Shown: positions 22,909 to 38,419 of the stretch, piece by piece
Position numbering within the stretch: position 1 is the stretch's first letter
How the letters are laid out: every line of letters begins with the position of its first letter
Source: an uncultured candidatus Porisulfidus sp.
GTDB lineage: Bacteria > Pseudomonadota > Gammaproteobacteria > Poriferisulfidales > Poriferisulfidaceae
Length of the DNA: 64,000 bases
Direction of reading: 5' to 3'
Assembly (NCBI GenBank): GCA_965199755.1
Contig: CBDASZ010000002.1
Coordinates: 64,001-128,000 of the forward strand
Position numbers and translations under genes: made by a program
Notes under the pieces: model-generated
What the model saw: only the letters and a program-made list of their open reading frames with translations
Told to the model about the DNA's origin: nothing
Databases searched by the model: none

Positions 22909-24725
22909 GTTTGCGGACGGCGATATAGTTTGGCGAATAGCCCGTCTGAATCCATTAACTGCTGCGGGCCGCCCTGCTCCATGATGCGCCCGTCTTCCAA
23001 TACATAGACCTGATCGGCGTGTCGTACCGCGCTCAACCGGTGCGCAGCCATCAAAATAGTGCGTCCTTCGAAGCGCCGAAACAGTTCTATATGTAGCCGC
23101 TCTTCGGTCAGCGCGTCCAGCATGGAGGTCGCCTCATCGAGAATCAGAATCTGCGGGTCCAGCAACACCGCGCGCGCAATGGACAAGCGCTGTTTCTGTC
23201 CACCGGACAGGCGCACACCATCCACCCCCAACTGCGTGTCCAGACCGTCCGGCAGTGCATGATGCAAGTCTCCCAGTTGCGCGACATGCAGTGCATCGAG
23301 CAAATCTTCGTCGGGGACATCCACTCCCAGACTCAAATTGGCGCGAAGACTGTCGTGAAACAGCGTCGGATGCTGCAACACGATTGAGACATGCTCGCGA
23401 ACCACGTCAAAGCCAATGTCACGCACTGCCACCCCGCCGAAATGAATGTCTCCGTGACTGACCGGATACAGACCCAGCAACACCTGCATCAAAGTGGACT
23501 TGCCGGCACCACTCGCGCCCACGAATGCGACACGCTCACCCGCCGCCACTTTCAAATTGATCTGATTGAGTGTCTGACGGTCCGGCTGGAACGCGAAACT
23601 GATGCCCTCCAGTTCCACCGAAGTAGTCAGAGCATCGCGGAACGGGTCCTGCTTGCTCTCATAGCGCGGCTCTTCGCGCAGTTCGAGAATGCGGTTGACC
23701 CGTCCGAGTGCGGCCATCGCCGCATAGTAGGCATATTGCACGCCCAGCAATTCCTGCACCGGCGCGATCATGAACCACAAGTAGCCGAACACAGCCATCA
23801 TCTCGCCGATGCTCAGATCGGAAAACACCACCATCAGCATTCCGATCGCGCGGAACATGTCAAAACCCAGCAAGAACACCGTGTTCGAGGCCTTGTTCGC
23901 GAACTCGCTCTTCCAGTAAAAGGCCGACGAGCGATCGCGCACGTGCTTGGCCTGATCCACTACTCGCAGCAGATAATGACGCTCGCGATTATGTGCGCGA
24001 ATTTCATGGATGCCGTCTAAAGTTTCAGTCAGCGCCTGCTGAAAACTGCTGATGGCGGAGTTCTCACGGCTTTTGAGATCCTTGACTTTGCGCCCCAGCA
24101 CAATGGTGAAATAAATCACCACCGGATTCATGCAAAGGATGAACAGCGCCAAACTCCAGTGCAGCCACAGCAACACTGCGGCAGTCCCCAGAATGGTCAG
24201 CACCGCGACCACGAACTTGCCGACCGTAATCGATACAAAGTCGTCAATCGTCTGCAGGTCGGTCACCAGATACGCCGACACCGTCCCGCTGCCGAGTGAT
24301 TCGAACTCCGACAGCGCCGTGCTCTCCAGACGCCACAGCAACTGACAGCGCAAACGGCAAATCAGATCCTTGGCCACCCGGCTCAATTCCCGCACCTGCA
24401 CCGCATGCAGCAAGGTTGAACTGACCCGCAGGATCACCACGGCGACGAAGATCGCGCTGACGAACAGAATCGGGCCGTGCCAGGACTTCGGCGTCAAGGC
24501 TGAAATGGTGAAGGTCAACGCTCCCGGCTGACCCAACAAAACTTCATCAACCAGCAGCGGGATCATCAACGGCACTGGAATGCTGGCCAAGGTCGCCGCC
24601 ACCGCGACCAGATACGCATAGCCCAGATGCCGGCGATGCGGGCGGATCAGGCGCAGGAGATAGGCCAGCGAATATTCCGCTGGCGGTGCCTCTTCGGCGA
24701 ACACTCGCGCCGGGGCGTTGTTCAT
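22902..24725 (-). CDS. ABC exporter, fused permease/ATPase (substrate unknown)
   Basis: N-terminal TM domain; [20 protein letters not shown]. Confidence 0.9.
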   Translation of the reverse strand: MNNAPARVFAEEAPPAEYSLAYLLRLIRPHRRHLGYAYLVAVAATLASIPVPLMIPLLVDEVLLGQPGALTFTISALTPKSWHGPILFVSAIFVAVVILRVSSTLLHAVQVRELSRVAKDLICRLRCQLLWRLESTALSEFESLGSGTVSAYLVTDLQTIDDFVSITVGKFVVAVLTILGTAAVLLWLHWSLALFILCMNPVVIYFTIVLGRKVKDLKSRENSAISSFQQALTETLDGIHEIRAHNRERHYLLRVVDQAKHVRDRSSAFYWKSEFANKASNTVFLLGFDMFRAIGMLMVVFSDLSIGEMMAVFGYLWFMIAPVQELLGVQYAYYAAMAALGRVNRILELREEPRYESKQDPFRDALTTSVELEGISFAFQPDRQTLNQINLKVAAGERVAFVGASGAGKSTLMQVLLGLYPVSHGDIHFGGVAVRDIGFDVVREHVSIVLQHPTLFHDSLRANLSLGVDVPDEDLLDALHVAQLGDLHHALPDGLDTQLGVDGVRLSGGQKQRLSIARAVLLDPQILILDEATSMLDALTEERLHIELFRRFEGRTILMAAHRLSAVRHADQVYVLEDGRIMEQGGPQQLMDSDGLFAKLYRRPQTH

Positions 24726-25093
24726 GAAGATTCGGCGTTACGCTGGCGAATCTGCTCGTGAATCGGCTCCATATCCAGATCAAGGGCTTTTTGCACCAAA
24801 TCCTCAAACTGCTGCGCCGGCAAGGCTCCGGGCTGCGCCAGCAATTGGACCTGCTCGCGAAACACCATCAGGGTCGGTATCGAGCGGATCTGAAAGGCTT
24901 GCGCCAGATCCATCTGCTCTTCGGTGTTGATCTTGCCGAACACGACGTTCGGATAACGCTCGGAGACCGTCTCGAAGGTCGGCGCAAAACTCTTGCACGG
25001 ACCGCACCACTCGGCCCAGAAGTCGATGATGATCAGATCGTTGTTGTCAATGGTCTCGTTGAAATTATCTTTGGTCAGTTCAATGGTGCTCAT
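24722..25093 (-). CDS. Thioredoxin
   Basis: DFWAEWCGPC, IRSIPT. Confidence 0.93.
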   Translation of the reverse strand: MSTIELTKDNFNETIDNNDLIIIDFWAEWCGPCKSFAPTFETVSERYPNVVFGKINTEEQMDLAQAFQIRSIPTLMVFREQVQLLAQPGALPAQQFEDLVQKALDLDMEPIHEQIRQRNAESS

Positions 25094-25117
25094 AAGGCCT
25101 CCTGTGCCTCGTCGCGC

Positions 25118-26464
25118 CTACAGGCGCATTTCCAAATGGTGGCATAAATCCGAACCCGGCCGATTGCTCATGGCCAGAATCACACCCCCGTCGTCTAGTC
25201 GCGCGCGAAGCTGCTCCAGCAACTCCTGCGGCTCGCTCACGACATGCAGACCCAGCGCTTCCCGCACTAGCGCCTGCGCGTCCCAATCCAGTTCCTGCGA
25301 CACATACAGCCAGGCTTCATCCGCACCAGACATCGCTTCCGCTAGTCCCGCGCGGTGCGCGCCGCCACGCATGCTGTTGGAGGCCAGCTCCACCACCGCC
25401 AGCACCCGCTGTTCGCAGTGATGCCCCTTGACCGCTTCGATGGTGGCGCGGATCTCAGTCGGGTGATGGGCGAAATCATCATACAGCCGTACATCGTCAC
25501 GCGGCGTCGGCTTGAGCGTCAGGCGTCGCGCCACGCCAGCAAATGAGGCCAGACTGGCAAGCGCCGCCTCAATCGCCACTCCTGCATGATGCGCGGCAGC
25601 CACCGCGGCTGTGGCGTTCAAGGCATTGTGCGCACCGATCGGCCGGTAATCCGCGGCCTCGTAGTCCTGATCCTGATGCCGTATGCGCAGCACCTCGCCT
25701 GCCTCCCACACACAGCGCCAGTCGCAATGTTCTTCAAAGCCAAAGGTCTCCACCGGCGTCCAGCACCCCATGTCCAGCACTTGCTGCAAAGCCACATCAT
25801 CGTCGCGGCACAAAATGCGCCCGTCTGACGGCACGATGCGCAACAGGTGGTGGAATTGTTTCTGAATCGCCTCCAGATTCTCGAAAATATCCGCGTGATC
25901 GTATTCCAGATTGTTCAGAATCAGCGTGCGTGGACAGTAATGCACGAACTTGGAACGCTTGTCGAAGAAAGCGGTGTCATACTCATCCGCCTCGATCACA
26001 AAATAAGGCGCACTCCCGGCCTGCGCGCTTTTGCCAGTCCGCGCCGCCACCCCGCCGATCAGATAGCCCGGCTCCAGCCCCACTTCAATCAACAGATGCG
26101 CCAACATCGCGCTGGTGGTGGTCTTGCCGTGCGTGCCAGCCACCGCCAGTACATGCCGCTGCTGCAACAGATTCTCTTTCAGCCATTGCGGCCCGGAGGT
26201 ATAGGCCAGTGAACTGTTGAGCAGCTGTTCGATAATCGGGACGCCGCGGCGCATCACGTTGCCGACCACCACGCAGTCCGGCTCCGGTTGCAGATGCGCC
26301 CAGTCGTAGCCCTGCTGGCAGTCCACGCCGGCCTGCTCAAGTTGTGTAATCATCGGCGGGAACAAGGATTCGTCCGAACCAGTCACCCGGTGTCCGGTCT
26401 CGGTGGCGATGCGGGCAATGCCGGCCATGAAACTGCCGGCCACGCCCAGAATATGCAGGTGCAC
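25118..26464 (-). CDS. mpl: Murein peptide ligase
   Basis: HILGVAGSFM, GTHGKTTT, EADEYDTAFFDKRSKF, DDFAHHPT. Confidence 0.95.
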   Translation of the reverse strand: MHLHILGVAGSFMAGIARIATETGHRVTGSDESLFPPMITQLEQAGVDCQQGYDWAHLQPEPDCVVVGNVMRRGVPIIEQLLNSSLAYTSGPQWLKENLLQQRHVLAVAGTHGKTTTSAMLAHLLIEVGLEPGYLIGGVAARTGKSAQAGSAPYFVIEADEYDTAFFDKRSKFVHYCPRTLILNNLEYDHADIFENLEAIQKQFHHLLRIVPSDGRILCRDDDVALQQVLDMGCWTPVETFGFEEHCDWRCVWEAGEVLRIRHQDQDYEAADYRPIGAHNALNATAAVAAAHHAGVAIEAALASLASFAGVARRLTLKPTPRDDVRLYDDFAHHPTEIRATIEAVKGHHCEQRVLAVVELASNSMRGGAHRAGLAEAMSGADEAWLYVSQELDWDAQALVREALGLHVVSEPQELLEQLRARLDDGGVILAMSNRPGSDLCHHLEMRL

Positions 26465-26480
26465 GGGTCAGATCGCCCGC

Positions 26481-27245
26481 CTAGCGGGCAAACACCCATT
26501 GCGTGTCGGTCGACATCTCCGGCGCGTAGCGATATCCCGCTTCCGCGAAATCACGCAAATCATCTACCTTGCGCAAGCGATTCTTGACGATATAGCGCGT
26601 CATCATGCCGCGCGCCTTCTTCGCAAACAGACCAATCACCCGATACTGGTTCCCTTTGCGCTCTTTGAATACAGGCTCGATCACCGGTGCCTCCAGCGCA
26701 TCCGGCTGTACCGCGCGGAAATATTCCTGCGAGGCCAGATTCACCAGTACCGACTGCTTCTGTTCCCCCAGCGCCTCGCGCAGCCCGTCGCTGATCTGCT
26801 GCCCCCAGAATTGATACAGGTTGCTACCCTTCGGCGTGGTCAGTCGGGTACCCATTTCAAGCCGATATGGCTGAATCAGGTCCAGCGGGCGCAGCAGGCC
26901 GTACAGACCCGACAGGATACGCACATGCTGCTGTGCGAATTTCAACTCTTGCGCAGTGAAGTCATCGGCTCCCAGGCCGGTGTACACATCGCCCTTGAAG
27001 GTCAAGGCAGCCGGGCGCGCGTTGTCCACCGTGAAAGGCGTCTTCCAGTCCTGATAGCGACCGTGATTGAGGCTCGCGATCTTCGGGCTGACGCGCATTA
27101 ATTCGGCAATGCCATCCGGTGACAACTTGCGCAAACAACGAATGAGTTGCCGCGACTGCTTCAGATAATCCGGCTGCGTGCAGATGCGGGCATCCGCCGG
27201 CGCATCTGGATTCAGGGTCTTGGAAGGCGAAAGAACAACCAACAT
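26481..27245 (-). CDS. yaaA: Peroxide stress protein YaaA (UPF0246)
   Basis: LSPSK, FKGDVY, LSGLYGLLRPLD, YRLEMG, NLAS.EY, AKKARG. Confidence 0.93.
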   Translation of the reverse strand: MLVVLSPSKTLNPDAPADARICTQPDYLKQSRQLIRCLRKLSPDGIAELMRVSPKIASLNHGRYQDWKTPFTVDNARPAALTFKGDVYTGLGADDFTAQELKFAQQHVRILSGLYGLLRPLDLIQPYRLEMGTRLTTPKGSNLYQFWGQQISDGLREALGEQKQSVLVNLASQEYFRAVQPDALEAPVIEPVFKERKGNQYRVIGLFAKKARGMMTRYIVKNRLRKVDDLRDFAEAGYRYAPEMSTDTQWVFAR

Positions 27246-27272
27246 GAATATAGCTCCGAGTTGGACTTGAAA

Positions 27273-31364
<4,092 letters not shown>

Positions 31365-31368
<4 letters not shown>

Positions 31369-34300
31369 GCGGCCTCCGCATCCTGTTCGGCCAGTTCGAT
31401 CGCCTGCGCGATGTCCACGCTTACCACCCGCGATATGCCCGGCTCATTCATGGTTACCCCGATTAACTGACTCACATGTTCCATCGTAATCTTATTGTGC
31501 GTGATGATGAGGAACTGGATGTCTTCGCTCATCTCCACGATGATCTCGCAAAACCGTCGCAGATTGTCGTCTGACAGCGGCGCGTCCACCTCATCCAGAA
31601 TGCAAAACGGTGCCGGATTGAGCAAAAACAGCGACAGAATCAGGCTCGCCGCCACCATCGCCTGCTCGCCGCCCGAAAGCATATGCATCGGCCGATAGCG
31701 CTTGCCCGGCGGACGGGCGCGCACTTCCACCCCGGTGCTCAACAAGTTCTGTTCGGTGAGGGCCAGATTCGCCTCTCCGCCCTCGCCGATGATGCGCGGG
31801 AACACCTGCTGCAGATGCGTGTTGACTTCATCAAAGGTGCGCTTGAAACGCTCGCGAGTCTCGCGGTCAATGCGCGCCATGGCGTCGCGCAGTTTCTGCA
31901 ACGCGTCCTCAATGTCGGCATGACGCTTCTCCAGTTCCTGCGCCTGCTTCTGGACTTCGTCGTATTCGCTAATCGCCGCCGCATTAATCGGTGGCATTCG
32001 CTCCAGCCGCGTATTCAGCCGAGTCACTTTCTCCTCCCACGCCTCGACCGTTGCATCTTCCGGGAGTCCCGCCAGCAATTCCTCAACATTGCTGTCGTGC
32101 TCACGCAACTGCCCTTCCAGTTGCTCGCAAGCATTGCGCGCAGCCTGACGCTGCAGATCTTTGTCATGCAAACGCCCGCGCACCTCATCTACCTGCTCGC
32201 GCATCTGCGTGCATTCGACTTCCAGCGTGCGGTACTCCTCACGCAAGCGATCGGATTCCTGGCTGGCCTGATCCATGCGGACGCGTACCTCATCCAGTTG
32301 CTGACGCATCTCGGTCAGCCGCTGTTTCTGCTCATCCTCTGACAGCTCTTCTCCTCCCAGCAACGCCCCCATGCGCGCGACACCGGCCTGCTGTTTCGTC
32401 TCATCCTGCTCCCAGCCCTTGCGCGCGGCATCAAGGCGAGCCTCCACACCGCTGAGCCGCACCTGAGCCTCGGTGCCAACCTCAACGTGCTGGCGATGTT
32501 CCTGCTGTGCCTGCGCACATTCCTGCACCAGCGCATGGGTCGCCTCGTCCTGCTGCTGCCACTGCAACTCCAGCGTTTCCAGCTGGGCTTGCAGTTGCGT
32601 GAGTTTTTCGCGCGCCTCTTGGGTTTGCTGCTGCAAATTCTCCTTGCGCTGCGCCTGATTCTCGGCGCTTTGCACTCGTGCGCTGACATGCGCGAACGCC
32701 TCAAAAGCCTGATCGTATTGCTGCTGCAATTCCGCACGCCGCGCTTCCTCATCGCGCCATTGCTGCTCCGCAGCATCACGCTGACGCTCACTTTGCGCGA
32801 GGGATTCCTCCAGTTCTGCTACCTGCGCGGTCAATTCTTCAATTTCGCGCTGGCGCTCCAGCACTCCTTCGGCCTGACTTTCCGCCGCCGGCACGCGCAT
32901 CCAGTTCGGCCCCAGCCAAATGCCGCTTTTCGTGATCACCGACTGATGCGGCTGCAATTTCTTGCGCAGCTCATAGGCCTCTTCCAAAGTGTCCGCGCCC
33001 AGCACTCCGCCGAGCAACGTATCTAGCGCATACGAACTGCGGATTTTGTGCAATAGCAGCGGAGCACCTGGGTCCGCTTTGGGGGCGGCGGACTGTTCCA
33101 GCAATAGCAGCGCGGTGCTTCCCGGCACAGGCTCCGACGCACTCTGTTCCGGCAAGGCTTCCACACAAACCGCACGCAGATTCTCAGACATTGCGAGTTC
33201 CACCGCGAACTCCCACTCACTATCCACTTTCATTTGATCGGCCAGCCGGGTGCCGTCAAGTTGCATCGCCCCCAACGCCTGAGCATGCGCTTCCTCATCC
33301 GCCGCCAGTACGGATCTTTGCATGATTTCCAACGACGTCAAACGGCTGCGCGCTTGTGTTCTCCTCTCCTGCAACTGCTGATACGCCTGCGCCTGCGCAT
33401 CGCGCTCGCGCTGCGCCCCGCGCACTTGTTCGGCATTGTCCTCAAGCTGCTGCCGACACTGGTCGCGACGTGCCTGCGCCTGTTGCAACTCCGCATCCGC
33501 TTGCGACTGCGACTCCGCCTTCGTACGACTCCCTTCCTCGGTTTCCTGCAAATGCGATAGTTCGTCTTCCAACTGGCTCAGACGTGCAGACTCACTGGAA
33601 CGCTCCTGGCGCATTGATGTGAGTTGTTCACGCAGTGTCTCGCTTTGCTGTTGTGCTTCCTGGCGTTTTTGCTCCAGTGCTGTGGCCTGCGTCTCTGCCT
33701 GCTCGCGCTTTGCGCTGGCCTTTTCCAGTTCAGCCGCGCGTTCCGCCTGTTCACGCTCCAGATCCTGCAACACCGTGCGCGCATCTGACAGGCGCTGTGT
33801 TCCTTCCGCGAGTTCGCGCTGCAGGCGCTCGCATTCCTGACAATCCGCCTGCCACTGATAAAAATTCGCCTGATCATCCGAGTTCGCGCGTATGTTCTCA
33901 TCCAGAAGTTTGCGCTTGCCCTCAAACTCTATCTCCAGTTCTTTCAGTTTGCTGGCTTTTTCGGTGCGCTCCGTCTCAATCGCCGCGTGCTGCTGTCCTA
34001 CCGCCTCCAGTTCCGCGCTGCTCGCCCGCAGTTGCAGGCTAATCCACTCATCTCTGCGCAAACGCTGTTCGTCGCGCAATTTTTTGTATTGTTCCGCCTG
34101 CTTCTTCTGCCGCTCCAGATGCTTCAGGCGTAGTTCGTACTCACCCAGAATGTCGTTCGAGCGATCCAGGTTCTCCTCGGTGCAGCGAATCTTGTTCTCT
34201 GTCTCCCGGCGTCGCTCCTGATACAACGATGTGCCCGCCGCCTCTTCAATGTACTTGCGCACCTCCTCCGGCTTCGCTTCGATCAGGCCCTGCACCATGC

Positions 34301-34742
34301 CCTGCGCGATGATGGCGTAATTGCCGCGCCCCAGACCAGTGCCCTGAAACATGTCCGACACGTCCTTGCGCCGGGCGCGCGTGCCATTGATGTAATAACG
34401 CGATTGTTGCTCAGCACCGCGCGAAACTTCACGGCGGATCTTGATCTCGGAGTAGGCGGCATACTCACCTCCGATGCGCCCTTCCTCGTTGTCCACGATC
34501 AACTCGACGGAGGCTTGATCCAACGCGCGAGCGCCGTCTGAACCGTCGAAAATGATGTCTTCCAGAATTTCGCCGCGAATCTTGCGCGAACTCTCGCCGA
34601 GCACCCAGCGCACCGCGTCAATGATATTGGACTTGCCCATGCCGTTGGGGCCGACCACTCCGGTCAGGCGCGTCGGCAATTCAATACGCAGAGGGCCGAC
34701 AAAAGACTTGAAGCCGGCGACTTGAATACTGGAGAGACGCAT
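31365..34742 (-). CDS. smc: Chromosome segregation protein SMC
   Basis: GFKSF, GPNGMGKSN, coiled coils, hinge, LSGGE, LDEVDAPL, ITH. Confidence 0.96.
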
Positions 34743-34825
34743 AACGGCGCAGTTGCTATAGTAAGGCGACCTATAAAATGGAGCGCAACAGCGCCCCGTT
34801 TTCAGCGTCCCATAAGGTTCCTTTT

Positions 34826-35215
34826 ATGACCACGCAGCCCTCCAAAACACTGGAGACATTTGACAATCCCGCGCCACAACGGGATTATAGCATTCGGCTG
34901 GAAGTTCCAGAGTTCACCTGCCTGTGTCCGCTCACCGGCCAGCCGGACTTCGCCTCGCTGGTGCTGGACTATATCCCCGACCAGCTGTGCGTCGAACTCA
35001 AGTCTTTCAAACTCTATGTCTGGTCCTTCCGCGATGAGCGCGCCTTTCACGAGACGGTCAGCAATGAAATTGTGGAGCATCTGGCGAAAGCCTTGAAGCC
35101 ACGCTTTCTACGCTTGCGCGCCGCATTTCGAGTGCGTGGCGGGATCACCACAACGGTGACGGTCGAGCATCGCGCTGACGGCTGGACACCGCAACCGGGT
35201 ACGGATCTGCCCTAG
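34826..35215 (+). CDS. queF: preQ0 nitrile reductase, short unimodular type
   Basis: [31 protein letters not shown]. Confidence 0.94.
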   Translation: MTTQPSKTLETFDNPAPQRDYSIRLEVPEFTCLCPLTGQPDFASLVLDYIPDQLCVELKSFKLYVWSFRDERAFHETVSNEIVEHLAKALKPRFLRLRAAFRVRGGITTTVTVEHRADGWTPQPGTDLP

Positions 35216-35751
35216 GTGTCAGCAGTTCATCGTGCTCCCGAAACCGTGAAAGACGAAGCCCAATCTTTTTTGCCAAGAGCGCGTCGGCAATTCGTCGTGC
35301 CTCTGATGCTACGAAGGAAGCTACCCAACGCGGAATTGCCAAAAGTGCATCAAAAGTTCGTAGTGCTTCCAAAGCCACGAAAGCCGGCCGCGCAATAGCC
35401 AAGCTTATAATCTATTTGATTACTCATCAACGCTCTGGGCTTTCTTTTTCTGCTGCCGGCTATTGGCTTTCTGTTTGCACCACTGTTGGTCTTTTTCTAT
35501 GCTTACTAGGCTACATTTCAATATCTCGATTATCCAATGGGAGAAATCAGCTTGCCACTATCGAAAGTCCGGGAAGGAACCCGCGCTGACCACGCCTTGA
35601 TGTTTGGATTCGGTGCGGACAAACACTTCTGACCATGATCCCAATCGCCCATATCATCGTCCTCCCCATTGGCACCGCAGCTGCCACGCGGCTGTATTTC
35701 GAACGCTGCCACCCCAATGAGTCACTTGGTGGGCAGACGCCGGGCACCTAA
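35216..35751 (+). pseudogene. Degenerate cysZ-like paralog (3' half)
   Basis: Aligns to the adjacent gene (LGFLFLLP..F.PLL..Y*ATFQYLDYPMGE...ALMFGFG..TLLTMIP...ATRLYFE); TAG at 35507 replaces Trp; several frameshifts; no 5' half. Confidence 0.85.
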
Positions 35752-35768
35752 CTGCCCTAAACGTATCC

Positions 35769-36500
35769 ATGAGTTTGTTTGGCGATTTTCTGGTCGGGTT
35801 CAGCTATCCGTGGCGCGCCCTAAGCCTGCTGTTTGACAAACGCTACCGGCATTTGATGTGGGTGCCTGTTGTGATCACCTTGGTGGTGCTGTCTTCGACA
35901 TTGACGTTCGTCGCGCTGAATTTTCATAACTGGACAGCCGGTATCCTGCCATGGTGGCTGGCCTATCTGGAGTGGCTGCTACTGCCATTGTTGGTTCTGG
36001 TCATACTGATAGCCTATTACTTCACCTTCGTACAAATCTCCAACCTGATCGCCTCCCCGTTCAACGCGCGCTTGTGTCAAACCCTGATGCAGGAAGAAGC
36101 CGGCGAGCCACTGGCCGTGAAAACTATCCCGAAAAGCCCGTTGCGCAGCGCCGTTTCCGCGGTAGGCCGGGAAGTGCTCAAATTCATCACCTATATCATC
36201 TGTCTCATAGGTCTGGGTATGCTTTTTCTGCTTCCGTTTGTTGGCTTGCTGTTCACGCCGCTATTAATTTATTTTTATGTATATTGGTCTGCATTTGAAT
36301 ATCTTGATTACCCGATGGGAGAAGCCGGTTTTCCGCTGCCCGATGTGCGTCAGAAGATCCGCAATCAGCGTGCTTTGATGCTTGGCTTCGGTGCCGGACA
36401 GACACTGCTAACCATGATCCCCCTGCTCAACCTTGTCGCCGTACCGACCGGGGCTGCATCTGCCACACAACTGTACCTCGAACAGCGCCAACTAGACTGA
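35769..36500 (+). CDS. cysZ: CysZ/EI24-family membrane protein (putative sulfate permease)
   Basis: NLIASPFN, EYLDYP, GFG, IPLLN..VP.GAA.AT.L motifs; hydrophobic helices. Confidence 0.82.
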   Translation: MSLFGDFLVGFSYPWRALSLLFDKRYRHLMWVPVVITLVVLSSTLTFVALNFHNWTAGILPWWLAYLEWLLLPLLVLVILIAYYFTFVQISNLIASPFNARLCQTLMQEEAGEPLAVKTIPKSPLRSAVSAVGREVLKFITYIICLIGLGMLFLLPFVGLLFTPLLIYFYVYWSAFEYLDYPMGEAGFPLPDVRQKIRNQRALMLGFGAGQTLLTMIPLLNLVAVPTGAASATQLYLEQRQLD

Positions 36501-37075
36501 TGTGGTGGCCAGACAAGCGCTACCGGCATCTAGTCTGGCCTCCGATTCTGCTCACTACGATAGCGCTGACTGTAGCACTGATATTCGTGCTAATGGTTGT
36601 TCAGCACTGGCTCAGTATCAAATGGCTGGAGCCTCTGGCGGGTTCCTTGCAGTGGTTGTGATCTCTGTTTATGGACATTGTCAAAGGTTCCCTGATTCCG
36701 CTAGTAGCCTTTCTCGAGAACCTGTTACTGTGGATACTACTCCTTGTCTTGGCGCTTTTCTGTTACTTCATTTTTGTGCAGACCGCAGCCAGTGAACCGT
36801 TAGGCATCCAGCCCACACCGAGAGGTCTGTTGCAGCTATATCTGAACATTCGGCAGGACCACTTTTGGGTATATGGACTACCCCATGAGCAAACTTGACA
36901 TGCCGCTGCGTAAGGTACGCAAGAACATTCGCGCCCAATGTTCTCTGATGTATGGCTTCGGCACCGGGCAAGTGCTACTCACAATAACCCCGCCTCTTAG
37001 TCTGGTCGCCGTCCCCACCGGTGTCATAGCCTCTACAAAACTATACCTTGAACAGTGCTGGATGGACACCGATCT
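36500..37075 (+). pseudogene. Second degenerate cysZ-like paralog
   Basis: MWWPDKRYRHLVWPP..., TGA at 36659, YFIFVQ, internal deletions, frameshift before MDYPM...YGFGTGQVLLT...VAVPTG..STKLYLEQ. Confidence 0.85.
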
Positions 37076-38398
37076 TCACTCTGACGCCTTGCGTCTCGGC
37101 GACGCGCGACACACCAGTTCAATTGGAATACCTGGCAAGCGCAATTTCTGCCGAAAACTATTCGCCAAATACCGACGGTAGGCCTCCGGGATCTGATTCA
37201 GTCGCGAGCCGTGCAGCACCAGACGCAACGGGTGGTTACCGCCTTGATGTCCATAGTGCACATGAACACGCCGATTGCGGCTGCGCGGCGGCGGATTCTG
37301 CTCCATCGCGCGGATCAGAAACTCATTGATCTGCGGCGTGCTGAAATGCCGTGAGGCGGCATCATAGAGCACCATCGCCTCTTGCAACAGACGACGTGTG
37401 CCGATTCCTTTCGCGCCCGAAGTCCGCACCACCGGAAGATAGGATGCAAACCGCAGGCGTCGGCGCAATCGCGCCTCGACATAGCGCTGACTCGCCGAAT
37501 CCAGCACGTCGCATTTATTGAACGCGACCACCACCGCGCGACCGGCGTCCAGCGCCAGCGCAATCAAGGCCGCGTCTTGCTCTACCGCCCCTTCCGTCGC
37601 ATCAATCACCGCGATCGCAACTTGCGCCCGGTGAATGCAGCGCAACGCCTGCGCCACACTAAAGGCTTCCAAGGACCCTGATTTCACCCGACTCTTGCGT
37701 CGAATTCCCGCGGTGTCGACCAAAGTCAGTGTGCGCCCTTGCCATTCGAGCGCCACATCGATGCTGTCGCGAGTAGTGCCTGGCTCGGATGAGACAATCA
37801 GGCGATCATCACGCAACAGGCGATTGATCAGCGTGGATTTGCCGGCATTTGGGCGGCCGATGACCGCCAGCCGCGTGCCAGAATCAGGCGCTTCCGGTGT
37901 CGCCACTATCTCCAGAGGCTCCAGTGCCGCATCCATTAGCGCGGCCACGCCAGAGCCACGCTTAGCGCTAACCGCGAACAGGGTCGGTGCGCCCAGTTCC
38001 GCGAATTCCGACAGCACCAGCGACACTTCGCGCCCTTCTGCCTTATTGATCGCCAGCGCCACCGGCTTGCCGCAACGGCGCAGCCGGGCATACAACTCCT
38101 GATCACCCGGCAGGCAGCCTTCCCGCGCGTCCAGCACCAGAACCAGTGCGTCGGCCTCGTCAATGGCCTGTTCGGTCTGCCGCATCAGGCCCTGTTCCAG
38201 CTCGGTATGCGCTTGCGTCACCCCGCCGGTGTCAACCACCACGTAGGCACACCCGTCGTGCTCCGCCAGCCGATAGCGGCGGTCACGAGTAACACCGGGA
38301 ACATCGGCGACCAGCGCGTCCTGACTGTTCGTCAGGCGATTGAATAGGGTCGATTTACCGACGTTGGGCCGACCGATCAAGGCGACAACAGGAATCAT
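37076..38398 (-). CDS. der: Ribosome biogenesis GTPase Der (EngA)
   Basis: Two G domains: GRPNVGKS/DTGG/NK and GRPNAGKS/DTAG/NKCD. Confidence 0.96.
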   Translation of the reverse strand: MIPVVALIGRPNVGKSTLFNRLTNSQDALVADVPGVTRDRRYRLAEHDGCAYVVVDTGGVTQAHTELEQGLMRQTEQAIDEADALVLVLDAREGCLPGDQELYARLRRCGKPVALAINKAEGREVSLVLSEFAELGAPTLFAVSAKRGSGVAALMDAALEPLEIVATPEAPDSGTRLAVIGRPNAGKSTLINRLLRDDRLIVSSEPGTTRDSIDVALEWQGRTLTLVDTAGIRRKSRVKSGSLEAFSVAQALRCIHRAQVAIAVIDATEGAVEQDAALIALALDAGRAVVVAFNKCDVLDSASQRYVEARLRRRLRFASYLPVVRTSGAKGIGTRRLLQEAMVLYDAASRHFSTPQINEFLIRAMEQNPPPRSRNRRVHVHYGHQGGNHPLRLVLHGSRLNQIPEAYRRYLANSFRQKLRLPGIPIELVCRASPRRKASE

Positions 38399-38419
38399 CA
38401 GCGTGTCGCGCGAGCACGA

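Noticed and set aside
34826-35215. Short unimodular QueF in a gammaproteobacterium
   Set aside because: Known type, found in many non-enteric proteobacteria
36659-36661. In-frame TGA in cysZ copy 3 as selenocysteine or recoding
   Set aside because: The same copy has deletions and a frameshift, and TGA serves as a normal stop throughout the window
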